Source of the DNA: Eubacteriales bacterium
GTDB taxonomy: Bacteria; Bacillota; Clostridia; Oscillospirales; SIG627
Direction: 5' to 3'
Assembly: GCA_045655865.1 (NCBI GenBank)
Contig: JAZOQB010000046.1
Location: 27,504-91,503, forward strand
DNA length: 64,000 nt
Part shown: positions 44,193 through 53,916 of the stretch, piece after piece
Numbering within the stretch: the stretch's first letter is position 1
How the letters are laid out: every line of letters starts with the position of its first letter
Notes under the pieces: model-generated
Told to the model about the DNA's origin: nothing
Database searches by the model: none
What the model saw: the letters and a program-made list of their open reading frames with translations, nothing else
Made by a program: the position numbers and the translations under genes

Positions 44193-45698
44193 CTACAGTT
44201 CCCTTTTCTCGCTTTGTTCCATTAAGGGAAAAGAGAACCAAAAATAACTTCCTTCGCCCAGCTTGCTTTCGACACCAAATTGAGCTTGATGAAGAGTTAG
44301 CACCCGCTTGACAATGGACAGTCCCAGTCCGGTGCCTACCACGGCAGACGTATGATTGGTCTCCACACGGTAATAGCGATCCCAAATATCATCAAGCTTT
44401 TCCCGTTCAATTCCTTTGCCGTGATCGATGATTTCCACAAGTGCCCGGCCATCTTTTTCAGATAAGCGAACGATTACAAGCCGGTCCTCGCCGCAATAAT
44501 TAACGGCGTTGTTGACCAGATTGTAGACTACCTGATTTAGTTTCACCGGATCGGCGAAGATAAAGGCAGACTTGCAATGATTTTCAAAAGTGATGGTATA
44601 CCCTTGAAAACCCGTCATTTTCTCATAGCGCTTTAGAATCTTTTGAACAAAAGAAACAAGTTCGATCTCTTCCCGATTCAAAACCTCCATGCCGGCTTGA
44701 AGTTTGGAAAGATCAAGCAGGTCTGTGACCAATTCCGAAAGGCGATGGGTCTCATCTATAACGATCTGCAAATTTTCAGGCGTGTTTTCCCCCGGCAGAT
44801 CCCGCATTGCTTCGCTATAACCGGAGATCAGTGTTAAAGGAGTGCGCAAATCGTGAGACACATTAGCGATCAATTCTCGGCCAAGACGATCTACTTTCTG
44901 TATCTCCTCGGCGGCTTTCTTCAACGTGTTGGACAGCTCCTCCACTTCCCGGTAGCCTTTCATTTTGCCAACCTCTTCAAACCGGCCTTCCGGAAGATTT
45001 TTTGCTGCGCGATTTATTTGTACGATGGGTCGGGAGATGGTTTGTGATAAAAAATATGCCATGGCAATGGATAACACGATCAAAGTTCCCACTACCAGAT
45101 TCAATTCAAATCGAATGGTCTGAACGGTGGATTCCACCGGAATAATTACAGAGGAAAGGAGAATAAAGCGCAGCTCTCCCTCGCTGTTTTCGATCACCTG
45201 GCCAAAAAGCACACAATCATTTGCCTCGCGATTGCTTGAGACTTCAGAAAATTCATCACGGCCAAACCAAAAAAAACGGTTGTAAAAATTATTGATATGT
45301 TCACTCTTGCGCAAAAAATCTGAAATCGTATCCGCAGAAAGATAGTTCTCAAAGCGATTTCCTTCGCTTTGAAGCGCCAATCCATACATGTGGGCAATGC
45401 TATTAAGGGGAATGTTGTGCACCACGCACTGTCCGCCTGCATGTTCCCCGGCAACCAGTCGGAGTTGTTCATCGTAAATGCTGGTACAAAGACCAACGGA
45501 AGCTGCCTTTTCTACTACAAAATCCTCGAATTCCTCATCGCTCATTCCCATCATTTCTCTGGCAGCAGTATGAACAGAATTGATTTTGATGGCACGATAC
45601 ACTTCATCAAGGAAGACGATCTCAAGGATCCATAATACCAAGATCACAAAAACACTAAATGCAATAAAAGAGATCAATAACTTGGATCGAACACTCAT
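44193..45698 (-). CDS. Sensor histidine kinase (2 TM, extracytoplasmic sensor, HAMP, HisKA, HATPase_c)
   Basis: The ORF track opens at TTG 45710; ATG 45698 lies 1 nt after the RR stop. VSHDLRTPLT (H box), NLVNNAVNY (N), DHGKGI (G1), GTGLGLSIV (G2). Confidence 0.9.
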   Translation of the reverse strand: MSVRSKLLISFIAFSVFVILVLWILEIVFLDEVYRAIKINSVHTAAREMMGMSDEEFEDFVVEKAASVGLCTSIYDEQLRLVAGEHAGGQCVVHNIPLNSIAHMYGLALQSEGNRFENYLSADTISDFLRKSEHINNFYNRFFWFGRDEFSEVSSNREANDCVLFGQVIENSEGELRFILLSSVIIPVESTVQTIRFELNLVVGTLIVLSIAMAYFLSQTISRPIVQINRAAKNLPEGRFEEVGKMKGYREVEELSNTLKKAAEEIQKVDRLGRELIANVSHDLRTPLTLISGYSEAMRDLPGENTPENLQIVIDETHRLSELVTDLLDLSKLQAGMEVLNREEIELVSFVQKILKRYEKMTGFQGYTITFENHCKSAFIFADPVKLNQVVYNLVNNAVNYCGEDRLVIVRLSEKDGRALVEIIDHGKGIEREKLDDIWDRYYRVETNHTSAVVGTGLGLSIVKRVLTLHQAQFGVESKLGEGSYFWFSFPLMEQSEKREL

Positions 45699-45699
45699 A

Positions 45700-46371
45700 T
45701 TACGCTTCAAAGCGGTACCCTACCCCTCGTAATGTTACAATTTGACCCGAATACTCGCCAAGGCTCTTTCTCAAAAGCTTGATATGGGTATCCAAAGTGC
45801 GATCATCACCATAAAAATCATAGCCCCAAATATCACAAATTAGCTTTTCCCGACTCAGTGCCAGGTTTTTATTCTTAATAAAATAGAACAGCAGTTCATA
45901 TTCCTTGGGAGATAATTCGCACCGTTTTCCGTCAATGGAAACAATTCGTGCAGCAAAATCCACCTTCAATCCCCGGTGGATAAAAACCTGATCGGTATTT
46001 TCGCTTATCCTTTGATGGGTGCGATTCAAAATAGCCGCAACCCGTAGCATCAGTTCTTTGGGAGAAAAGGGTTTTACAACGTAATCATCAATTCCCAATT
46101 CAAAGCCGTGAATCTTATCATATTCCTCGCCACGAGCGGAAAGCATGAGCACAGGCACCTGACTTTTTTTGCGAATTTCGCGGACGGCGGAAAAACCGTC
46201 TAGCTCAGGCATCATCACATCCATAATGACCAAATCGTAATCATTTAAGCGACAAAGAGTTACCGCCTGCATTCCGTCAGAGGCTTCCTCTACCTCAAAG
46301 CCGTCAAACTCTGCATATTTACGAATAATGGTACGGATCTTTGTCTCGTCATCAACAATCAAAAGTTTCAT
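45700..46371 (-). CDS. OmpR/PhoB-family response regulator
   Basis: MKLLIVDDE...DLVIMDVMMPELDG...KPF receiver domain plus a winged-helix C-terminus (LSPKEYELLFYF...VGYRF). Confidence 0.92.
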   Translation of the reverse strand: MKLLIVDDETKIRTIIRKYAEFDGFEVEEASDGMQAVTLCRLNDYDLVIMDVMMPELDGFSAVREIRKKSQVPVLMLSARGEEYDKIHGFELGIDDYVVKPFSPKELMLRVAAILNRTHQRISENTDQVFIHRGLKVDFAARIVSIDGKRCELSPKEYELLFYFIKNKNLALSREKLICDIWGYDFYGDDRTLDTHIKLLRKSLGEYSGQIVTLRGVGYRFEA

Positions 46372-46449
46372 GATGATTTCTCCTTTCTTCCATCATCTTA
46401 ACCGGGAAAAGTGAAGATTGGGTGAAAAATCTAAAAGATCGATAAGATA

Positions 46450-46490
46450 AAAGGAAAGGAGAAAGGCGCCGATCCACCAGCACCTTTCTC
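46450..46490 (-). terminator. Probable terminator after the paired lipoprotein genes
   Basis: GAGAAAGG (46459-46466) pairs with CCTTTCTC (46483-46490). The following tract on the minus strand is only partly U-rich. Confidence 0.5.
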
Positions 46491-46495
46491 TTGAT

Positions 46496-47167
46496 CTACT
46501 GCTTTGTATATTCTCCTGCAACCGCTTCAGATTCCGGCGAAACGGACTCAACGGTTAAAACTTTATCCTCCAGCAATAAAAACACATGCTCGCCTGAGGC
46601 AGTATCTTCCGTATCAAATACAATTTTGTCAGTCAACGTTGCTCCGGAGCCATTGGGTGTAATGGCAATGATCGCTTCGCCCTCCTTTGAAGATTTTCCA
46701 ATTGAGATCCTGCCGGTGTTATTTAGGTAGGTGCCATACCATTTTTCATAATCGACCCGGGGCTTCATGGCGTCAGTACCGGCAAAAATTAGGGTGAAAG
46801 GAGAGGATTGATCCGATCCGGAAAAATTGTGCATTTCTTTGTTGAATTTCAGTACCAGCCATGCAGAATCGTCATCAATTCCATAACCGTCTAAAACCAA
46901 AAACTCGCCTTCGATCAAAAAACCGCCAGATCGAACGACGGTGCCAATTTCAGAATATGCCTTATAGGCGCCTTCGGTTTCAAACAACAGATAAGAAAAA
47001 CTGGCATTATCAGCGTGCCAAAGGCCCAAAACAGTCTTTTCTTCTAATACCGGGTCCGATGCATCGGCGGTATTGGCCGGGGAGGTAGGAGTTTGGCTAG
47101 CACATGAGCAAAAAAACACAAGAAAGATCAAAGCTGACAGCGTAAGCGAAAAGAACAGTTTTTTCAT
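46496..47167 (-). CDS. Hypothetical lipoprotein
   Basis: MKKLFFSLTLSALIFLVFFCSC is a lipobox. ATGA overlap with the upstream lipoprotein gene. No family recognised. Confidence 0.6.
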   Translation of the reverse strand: MKKLFFSLTLSALIFLVFFCSCASQTPTSPANTADASDPVLEEKTVLGLWHADNASFSYLLFETEGAYKAYSEIGTVVRSGGFLIEGEFLVLDGYGIDDDSAWLVLKFNKEMHNFSGSDQSSPFTLIFAGTDAMKPRVDYEKWYGTYLNNTGRISIGKSSKEGEAIIAITPNGSGATLTDKIVFDTEDTASGEHVFLLLEDKVLTVESVSPESEAVAGEYTKQ

Positions 47168-48462
47168 TCCTCATCCTCCAAATTCCGTTCGATCCGGCAG
47201 AAAATGGAACGGCTTACATCTTCACCCAGATCTTCCATCAAAAGCGTACCTTCTTGAGGAGGAACGGAAGAGGTTATTTGAGCAGAATAGGAATTAAATA
47301 CCGGCCGTAAGCAGATCACAAAACCATCATAATCCCGGGGCATGGTAAGTTGATAGGTGCCCTGCCAGCGAACGAAGACCTCTTCCTGGCTGGAATAGTC
47401 CCACTTGGATGAAAAATCGCATTGAATGGTGTAGCTTTGACCATCGTGCTCAGTTTCCCATTGACTGGTAAGGTTTTCATTGCCCGTAGAGTCATCCAAA
47501 TAGAACAGCTCGCCGGTATAATAATCATATTGAGAAAAACGGACGGAATTGTATATGCGCGAACCCGAAATGGCCGGCAGATCCTTGCGTTTGAATTCGT
47601 AGATAACAACTACATTCAGCTGTCTTTGCCCATCTTGATCGATCTTGTCTTCGGTAATATCGATTTGACAGCTTACCGGCATTTTTTTATAGTCATGAGC
47701 ATCGTTGTAAACAGCACCGCCGTTGCGCAAAAGACGCGTTCCGTCCCCTACAAAATAGTCACAATCGATCTCTTTCTCTTTAAAGTAGAAATGGCGAACC
47801 GTAGAATTTTCTTCCGTGCGGTAGATTGTTTTTTCCACCCGATTGTCTTGCTGCTTTTCTGCTACGAGACCATCCTCGGAATAAAGAAGGCGAGCAAAAA
47901 AGCTTCCGGTTTTACCATCGTATAAATACAGATTCTCCTCTTCCCCCGCATAGGCGTAAAAGCGACCTTCTGCAATGGTTTTTTCCTGAGAATTTTTTAA
48001 AACCCAAACGTCCGGCTCTGCGATTGAAAGAACATTGCCCTCCAGATTTCCTTCCTCAAACCAACGGTCAAAATAAAAGCCGTACTGTTCGGAAGACATC
48101 AAGGAAGAAGGAGAATCGGTTCTGCGAAACGCTTCATTGTTTTCGTCGAAAAATTGTACCTCATCCTGCGCGGTTAACAAAACGGTCTCACCTTTCTGAT
48201 CAGTCAGAGTAAATGTTTGACCGTCGAAATCCAACTCTCCGTTCCTTTCGACCTCACCGCTGACATTGTAGCAGTACCAAAGGTTATTGGTCGTAAAACG
48301 GTAATACCGGGACTCGGATTCATTGGTCCACACACCAACAAAATTCGACAAACGCAGTCGGTTGGCAACAGGGTCTACAGGCGTAGAGCCCGAATTTAGA
48401 CAACTGCAGAGACAAAGCAGAAGAAAAATTTGGCAAAGAGCCAATGAAATTATTTTTTTCAT
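47164..48462 (-). CDS. Hypothetical lipoprotein
   Basis: MKKIISLALCQIFLLLCLCSC is a lipobox; SD AAGGAG. 432 aa, Y/W/E-rich and probably all-beta. No family recognised. Confidence 0.6.
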   Translation of the reverse strand: MKKIISLALCQIFLLLCLCSCLNSGSTPVDPVANRLRLSNFVGVWTNESESRYYRFTTNNLWYCYNVSGEVERNGELDFDGQTFTLTDQKGETVLLTAQDEVQFFDENNEAFRRTDSPSSLMSSEQYGFYFDRWFEEGNLEGNVLSIAEPDVWVLKNSQEKTIAEGRFYAYAGEEENLYLYDGKTGSFFARLLYSEDGLVAEKQQDNRVEKTIYRTEENSTVRHFYFKEKEIDCDYFVGDGTRLLRNGGAVYNDAHDYKKMPVSCQIDITEDKIDQDGQRQLNVVVIYEFKRKDLPAISGSRIYNSVRFSQYDYYTGELFYLDDSTGNENLTSQWETEHDGQSYTIQCDFSSKWDYSSQEEVFVRWQGTYQLTMPRDYDGFVICLRPVFNSYSAQITSSVPPQEGTLLMEDLGEDVSRSIFCRIERNLEDEE

Positions 48463-48504
48463 AAAAACTCCTTATAGGAAGTTTAAGCACTTTAATGTGA
48501 GGTT

Positions 48505-48532
48505 ATTATACCATAAAATTCAAATTAGTCAA
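48505..48532 (-). promoter_or_regulatory. Sigma-A-type promoter of the lipoprotein pair
   Basis: Minus strand: TTGACT (48532-48527), 16 nt, TATAAT (48510-48505) with an extended TG. Confidence 0.55.
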
Positions 48533-48560
48533 TCTAAGATTTTACCGGTATAATCTTTCG

Positions 48561-48592
48561 AAAAAAAGAGAACCCGCAGAGCGGGTTCGCTT
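48561..48592 (-). terminator. Terminator after metA
   Basis: GAACCCGC (48570-48577) pairs with GCGGGTTC (48581-48588). A 7-nt U-run follows on the minus strand. Confidence 0.8.
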
Positions 48593-48595
48593 TTT

Positions 48596-49513
48596 TCACT
48601 GAATGGATTCTAAATGATAAGGGGTTGATTGGTATACAAAATAATTTAGCCAATTGATAAAAAGCAAGCTTCCGTGGGCTCTCCAACGGACGATAGGATC
48701 TTTGTTCGGATCGTTATCCATATAGTAATTCTCGGGAGGTAAAGTCCCCAGTCCGGCTGCCTGATCCCGACGATATTCTGCATCCAAGGTCAACGGATCG
48801 TATTCTGCATGGCCCATGACAAAAAACTGTCGCCCGCCGTTTCTGGACACAATGTGAATCCCCGCCTCTTTGGAGGACGCGAGCACCTTCAAATCCGGTA
48901 TTTTTTCTACGTCTTCTCTCAAAACGGTTGTGTAACGGGAGTGGGGTACATAAAAGGTACTGTCAAAGCCACGAAGCAACATAGAATGAGGATAATCGGC
49001 TTTGTGTGGATAGACGCCAAAGAGCTTCTTTTCCAAAGGACGCTTTTGAATTCCATAGTGGTAATATAGCCCTGCCTGGGCACCCCAACAAATATGCATA
49101 ACGCTGTGAACGTGAGTCACGCTCCATTCCATGATTTGACACAGCTCCGGCCAATAGTCAACCTCTTCAAATTCCTTTAATTCCACCGGAGCACCGGTGA
49201 TGATCATGCCGTCGTACTTTTCTTCCTTGACCTCGTCAAAGGTCTTGTAAAAGGCAAGAAGATGCTCCTGAGCGGTGTTTTGAGACCGGTGGGAAGCGGT
49301 GCGAATGAGCGTTAGCTCGATCTGTAGAGGGGTGTTACCCAAAACACGGGAAATCTGTGTTTCCGTTTCAATTTTTTTCGGCATGAGATTGAGCAGAAGG
49401 ATTCTAAGAGGGCGAATATCCTGTGTGATGGCCCGGTTTTCCGTCATCACAAAAATATTCTCCTGAGCAAGCGTCTGCACCGCAGGCAGATCATTTGGTA
49501 TTTTAATGGGCAA
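48596..49513 (-). CDS. metA: Homoserine O-acyltransferase, MetA family
   Basis: [23 protein letters not shown]...[14 protein letters not shown]...ICWGAQ. Apparent TTG start at 49513, 8 nt after GGGGGTG. Confidence 0.9.
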   Translation of the reverse strand: MPIKIPNDLPAVQTLAQENIFVMTENRAITQDIRPLRILLLNLMPKKIETETQISRVLGNTPLQIELTLIRTASHRSQNTAQEHLLAFYKTFDEVKEEKYDGMIITGAPVELKEFEEVDYWPELCQIMEWSVTHVHSVMHICWGAQAGLYYHYGIQKRPLEKKLFGVYPHKADYPHSMLLRGFDSTFYVPHSRYTTVLREDVEKIPDLKVLASSKEAGIHIVSRNGGRQFFVMGHAEYDPLTLDAEYRRDQAAGLGTLPPENYYMDNDPNKDPIVRWRAHGSLLFINWLNYFVYQSTPYHLESIQ

Positions 49514-49527
49514 GAACTAGCACCCCC

Positions 49528-50814
49528 TTATTCGATGGTAGCGAGCGCTTGATCAATATCGGAAATCAAATCGGCCTGGTCTTCCAATCCAATAGAAAGC
49601 CGTACCAGATCCGGCGCCACGCCACAGGCAACCAATTCTTCGTCGCTGAGCTGACGGTGGGTAGTGGTAGCAGGATGCAAGCAACAGGACCGAGCATCGG
49701 CAACGTGTGTCTCGATGGCAATTAGATTCAGCTTTTCCATGAAAGCCGAAGCAGCGCTGCGGCCACCTTTCACGCCAAAGCTTACGACACCGCAAGTTCC
49801 GTTTGGCAAATACTTTTGAACCAGGGCATAATCCCGGCTGGATTCCAGGCCGGGATAGGTAACCCAAGAAACTTTCTTATGTCCCTCAAGGAATTTGGCA
49901 ACAGCCAGCGCGTTTTCGCAATGACGCTTCATTCTCACGTGCAGGCTTTCCAAGCCCAAATTCAAAAGAAAAGCATTCATAGGCGCAGGAGTCACCCCAA
50001 GATCCCTCATCAGCTGGGCTGTGGCTTTGGTAATATAGGCTCCCTCTAAACCAAAACGCTCAGTATAGGTTACGCCGTGATAGCTCTCATCGGGAGTACA
50101 CAAACCGGCAAACTTTTCCGGATAACGGGTCCAGTCAAATTTTCCGGAATCAACAATTGCGCCGCCCACTGCACTTCCGTGTCCGTCCATGTACTTTGTG
50201 GTAGCATGGGTCACGATATCTGCTCCCCACTGAAAAGGACGGCAATTGATAGGAGTGGGAAACGTGTTATCCAAAATCAGAGGAACACCGTGTCGATGGG
50301 CAGCATCGGCAAAGCGTTCAATATCCAAAACATTTAGCGCAGGATTGGCGATCGTCTCTCCAAACACCAACTTGGTTTCCGGCCGGAAAGCACGCTCCAA
50401 TTCCTCTTCATCGGCATCAGGAGCCACAAATGTTACTTCAATTCCCATGCGCTTGAGAGTCACAGAAAACAGATTAAATGTGCCACCGTAAATGGACGCA
50501 CTGGAAACAATATGATCTCCGCAGCTACAAAGATTAAAAACGGCAAGGAAATTCGCAGCCATACCGGAAGAGGTCAGCATAGCGGCGCTTCCGCCTTCCA
50601 GTTCGCAAATTTTCGCAGCAACCGTATCCGTTGTTGGGTTTTGCAGACGGGAATAGAAGTATCCGCTGGCTTCCAGGTCAAAAAGTTTGCCCATGGCTTC
50701 GCCAGTATCGTATTTGAACGTGGTGCTTTGAATGATGGGGACCTGTCTGGGTTCACCACTGCCAGGATGATATCCTCCCTGAACACAACTGGTTCCGATT
50801 CCCTTTTGCGACAT
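49528..50814 (-). CDS. metY: O-acetylhomoserine aminocarboxypropyltransferase (sulfhydrylase), PLP-dependent
   Basis: 428 aa with GGYHPG.....PI..ST.F and TKYMDGHG (PLP lysine). SD AGGAGG. Confidence 0.85.
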   Translation of the reverse strand: MSQKGIGTSCVQGGYHPGSGEPRQVPIIQSTTFKYDTGEAMGKLFDLEASGYFYSRLQNPTTDTVAAKICELEGGSAAMLTSSGMAANFLAVFNLCSCGDHIVSSASIYGGTFNLFSVTLKRMGIEVTFVAPDADEEELERAFRPETKLVFGETIANPALNVLDIERFADAAHRHGVPLILDNTFPTPINCRPFQWGADIVTHATTKYMDGHGSAVGGAIVDSGKFDWTRYPEKFAGLCTPDESYHGVTYTERFGLEGAYITKATAQLMRDLGVTPAPMNAFLLNLGLESLHVRMKRHCENALAVAKFLEGHKKVSWVTYPGLESSRDYALVQKYLPNGTCGVVSFGVKGGRSAASAFMEKLNLIAIETHVADARSCCLHPATTTHRQLSDEELVACGVAPDLVRLSIGLEDQADLISDIDQALATIE

Positions 50815-50863
50815 ATGCTACCTCCTGAAAAAACGAAATGAAGTATGGTTCGCTTTTCCCGTC

Positions 50864-50892
50864 ATTATAATATAAATTTTAAAATTATGCAA
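50864..50892 (-). promoter_or_regulatory. Sigma-A-type promoter for metY-metA, overlapping the argF stop codon
   Basis: Minus strand: TTGCAT (50892-50887), 17 nt, TATAAT (50869-50864). Confidence 0.55.
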
Positions 50893-51871
50893 GAGTTGCC
50901 GCCATCACAGCTTTGATGGTGTGCATGCGGTTTTCCGCTTCATCGAAAACGATGGATGCGGGGCTTTCAAAGACTTCATCCGTAACTTCCATGCAGTCAA
51001 TTCCGAATTTTTCGTAAATCTGTTTCCCGATGGTAGTCTTAAGATCATGGAAGGCCGGAAGGCAATGCATGAAGCGGCATTGTTCGCCGGCGTTGTCCAT
51101 CAGCTTTTTGGTCACACGGTAAGGAGTCAATTCCTCGATTCGCTCCTGCCAAACGCTATCCGGCTCACCCATGGACACCCAAACATCGGTGTAAATCACA
51201 TGGGCGTCGCGCGTTGCGACAATCGGATCTTCCAAAAACTCCAATACTGCCCCAGTCTCTGCGGCAATTTTCTGGGCTTTTTCGATCAGCGAGGGATCGG
51301 GAAAATACTTTTTGGGCGCACATGCTACAAAATGCATGCCCATTTTTGCACATCCTATCATAAGAGAATTTCCCATGTTGTAGCGTGCATCACCCATGTA
51401 GACCAGCTTTGTACCGGAAAGAGTTCCAAAGTGCTCGCGGATGGTAAGAAAATCCGCAAGGATCTGAGTGGGATGAAATTCATTGGTCAGGCCGTTCCAA
51501 ACCGGTACCCCGGCGTATGCGGCAAGCTCTTCCACGATTTCCTGACCAAAGCCACGGTATTCAATGCCATCAAACATTCTTCCCAAAACACGGGCAGTAT
51601 CAGCGATGCTCTCTTTCTTTCCCATCTGAGATCCGGAGGGATCCAGATATACAGGGTGCATTCCCAGATCCGCCCCTGCCACTTCAAATGCACAACGGGT
51701 GCGAGTACTGGACTTTTCAAAGACCAAGGCGATGTTCTTTCCTTCGCACAGTCGGTGGGGTATGCCCTTTTTCTTTTTCTCTTTCAACTCCGCGGCCAAA
51801 TCCAACAGGCCACAGATCTCATCGGGGGTAAAATCCAAAAGCTTTAAAAAGTGCTTCCCTTTCAAGTTCAT
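50885..51871 (-). CDS. argF: Ornithine carbamoyltransferase
   Basis: [24 protein letters not shown]. Confidence 0.93.
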   Translation of the reverse strand: MNLKGKHFLKLLDFTPDEICGLLDLAAELKEKKKKGIPHRLCEGKNIALVFEKSSTRTRCAFEVAGADLGMHPVYLDPSGSQMGKKESIADTARVLGRMFDGIEYRGFGQEIVEELAAYAGVPVWNGLTNEFHPTQILADFLTIREHFGTLSGTKLVYMGDARYNMGNSLMIGCAKMGMHFVACAPKKYFPDPSLIEKAQKIAAETGAVLEFLEDPIVATRDAHVIYTDVWVSMGEPDSVWQERIEELTPYRVTKKLMDNAGEQCRFMHCLPAFHDLKTTIGKQIYEKFGIDCMEVTDEVFESPASIVFDEAENRMHTIKAVMAATLA

Positions 51872-51874
51872 ACG

Positions 51875-53047
51875 CTACTCCTTTTCCGCGCAGACCTGCG
51901 CTACGATTTCAAGCGCTTCCATCAGTATTTCCCGGGGAATATTCAAAGCAGGAAGAAGACGGACTTTATTCTTCGCCGTCAGGCAAAGAACACCGCGGTT
52001 CATACATTCCGTAACGATCTCTTTGGCATCTCCACGCGTTTCAATTCCGATCATCAAACCCATTCCGCTCAAAGAGACAATACCCTTTTTGCCGCTTAAA
52101 GTTTGAAATACCAATTGGCTTTTTTCCCGGACATCTTCCAGGAACGATTCATCGATCCGTTCTACAATGCTTACGGCACCGGCACAAGAAACCGGATTTC
52201 CGCCAAAGGTAGATCCGTGATCACCGAAACCGAAAATGTTCTGAACTTTTTCGCCAAAGAGGGTCGCTCCCAGAGGAAGGCCTCCACCCAGTCCCTTGGC
52301 CGTGGAAACCAGGTCCGGCTGAATGTTAAAATTTTGATAGGCATAAAAGGTGCCGCATCGACCGTTTCCGGTCTGCACCTCGTCAACAATAAGAAGAATG
52401 TCCTGCTCTTCGGCAAAAGATGCAACTTTTTTTACAAATTCTGCCTCAAGAGGAATTACGCCTCCCTCTCCCTGCACACATTCTATCATGATGGCACAGG
52501 CGTTTTCTTCCAGAGCGATTTTTTTCAGCGTATCAAAATCATTTGCAGGTGAATGAACAAATCCGGGAGTGAGCGGTTGAAAAAGCTTGTGATAATGCTC
52601 TTGTCCTGTAGCAGACAAAGTGGTAACGGTCCTTCCGTGGAAGCTATTTTCCAGAGTAACGATGGTATAACAACCGTCGCCTTTCCGTTCCGCGCCGTAT
52701 TTTCTGGCGGCCTTGATGGCACATTCGTTGGCCTCAGCTCCGGAATTGCTGAAAAACACCTTTTTCATACCACTCTTATGGCACAGCATTTCCGCTAAGC
52801 GAGCACACGGTTCCGTATAGTAGAGATTCGACATATGCTGAACCTTTTCCAATTGTGCAGTGACCGCCGCTTTCCAGGCATCATCGGAGATACCAAAACT
52901 GGTGACTCCGATTCCGGATCCCATATCTATGTACCGTTTTCCGTTTTCATCAAAAACCAGCGATCCTTTGCCGGAAACGATCGAAACGGGGAAACGCGCG
53001 TAAGTACCGGCAATATATGCCCGATCTTTTTCCTGAATCTTACTCAT
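51875..53047 (-). CDS. argD: Acetylornithine aminotransferase
   Basis: The ORF track opens at GTG 53056; ATG 53047 follows GGTGA. SGAEANE, IVDEVQTG..R.G, STAKGLGGG (PLP lysine). Confidence 0.9.
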   Translation of the reverse strand: MSKIQEKDRAYIAGTYARFPVSIVSGKGSLVFDENGKRYIDMGSGIGVTSFGISDDAWKAAVTAQLEKVQHMSNLYYTEPCARLAEMLCHKSGMKKVFFSNSGAEANECAIKAARKYGAERKGDGCYTIVTLENSFHGRTVTTLSATGQEHYHKLFQPLTPGFVHSPANDFDTLKKIALEENACAIMIECVQGEGGVIPLEAEFVKKVASFAEEQDILLIVDEVQTGNGRCGTFYAYQNFNIQPDLVSTAKGLGGGLPLGATLFGEKVQNIFGFGDHGSTFGGNPVSCAGAVSIVERIDESFLEDVREKSQLVFQTLSGKKGIVSLSGMGLMIGIETRGDAKEIVTECMNRGVLCLTAKNKVRLLPALNIPREILMEALEIVAQVCAEKE

Positions 53048-53906
53048 TGTTTTCACCGGTTACCATGGTCCCAGCTCCCTCGTCGGTGAGAAGCTCCATA
53101 AGAAGAGAGTGAGGAACGCGTCCGTCCATGATGACAACGTTTTTCACGCCCTCTTCAATTGCTTCAATGCAACAATCCACCTTGGGGATCATTCCGCCGG
53201 AAACCACGCCCTCCTGTTTTAAGTTTTTGGCTTGGTCAACGCTCACCGCGTGAATGAGCGTGGACGGGTCCTCGCGGTCGCGAAGGATTCCGGAGATATC
53301 CGTCATGAGAATCAGACGCTCAGCGCCAAGAGAACCGGCAATATAAGCCGCAGCAGTATCTCCGTTGATATTATAGGAATTGCCTTCCCTGTCACAGCCA
53401 ATGGTGGAAATGACGGGAATGTAGTTTTTCTCCAGCAGATCCAAAACCGGCTGCCGATTGATGTTTGTGATCTTACCAACATAGCCGAGTCGGCTATCCT
53501 TCACTTCCGCCTCGATGAGTCTCCCGTCCATGCCGGAAATACCCATCGCTTTTCCGCCTTTGGCTTCCAAAAGGCTCACCAGCGATTTGTTCACCTTACC
53601 GGCCAATACCATTTGGGCGATCTCAACCGTTTCTTTGTCAGTAACGCGAAGGCCGTCAACAAATTCCGATTTCTTTCCAAGTCTGGACATCATCTCACTG
53701 ATCTCCGGGCCGCCACCGTGTACCAAGACAACCTTGACACCAATGAGCCACAGCAGAACCAGATCTTCCATAACCTGGAGTTTTAATTCTTCATCGATCA
53801 TGGCGTTGCCGCCGTACTTGATGACAACGATCTTGCCGTTATAGCGCTTAATATATGGGAGTGCTCGGGTAAGAACTTCTCCCGTATTGGTTTCTTTATG
53901 ATTCAT
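53040..53906 (-). CDS. argB: Acetylglutamate kinase
   Basis: ORF track 53040..53936, start moved to ATG 53906 (SD GAGGAGG). VVIKYGGNAM, LVHGGGP. Confidence 0.92.
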   Translation of the reverse strand: MNHKETNTGEVLTRALPYIKRYNGKIVVIKYGGNAMIDEELKLQVMEDLVLLWLIGVKVVLVHGGGPEISEMMSRLGKKSEFVDGLRVTDKETVEIAQMVLAGKVNKSLVSLLEAKGGKAMGISGMDGRLIEAEVKDSRLGYVGKITNINRQPVLDLLEKNYIPVISTIGCDREGNSYNINGDTAAAYIAGSLGAERLILMTDISGILRDREDPSTLIHAVSVDQAKNLKQEGVVSGGMIPKVDCCIEAIEEGVKNVVIMDGRVPHSLLMELLTDEGAGTMVTGENNE

Positions 53907-53916
53907 CCTAACCTCC

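Noticed and set aside
50815-50884. Expected an S-box/SAM riboswitch or Met T-box upstream of metY.
   Set aside because: Only 70 nt are available, and half of that is the promoter. No conserved riboswitch core sequences are visible.
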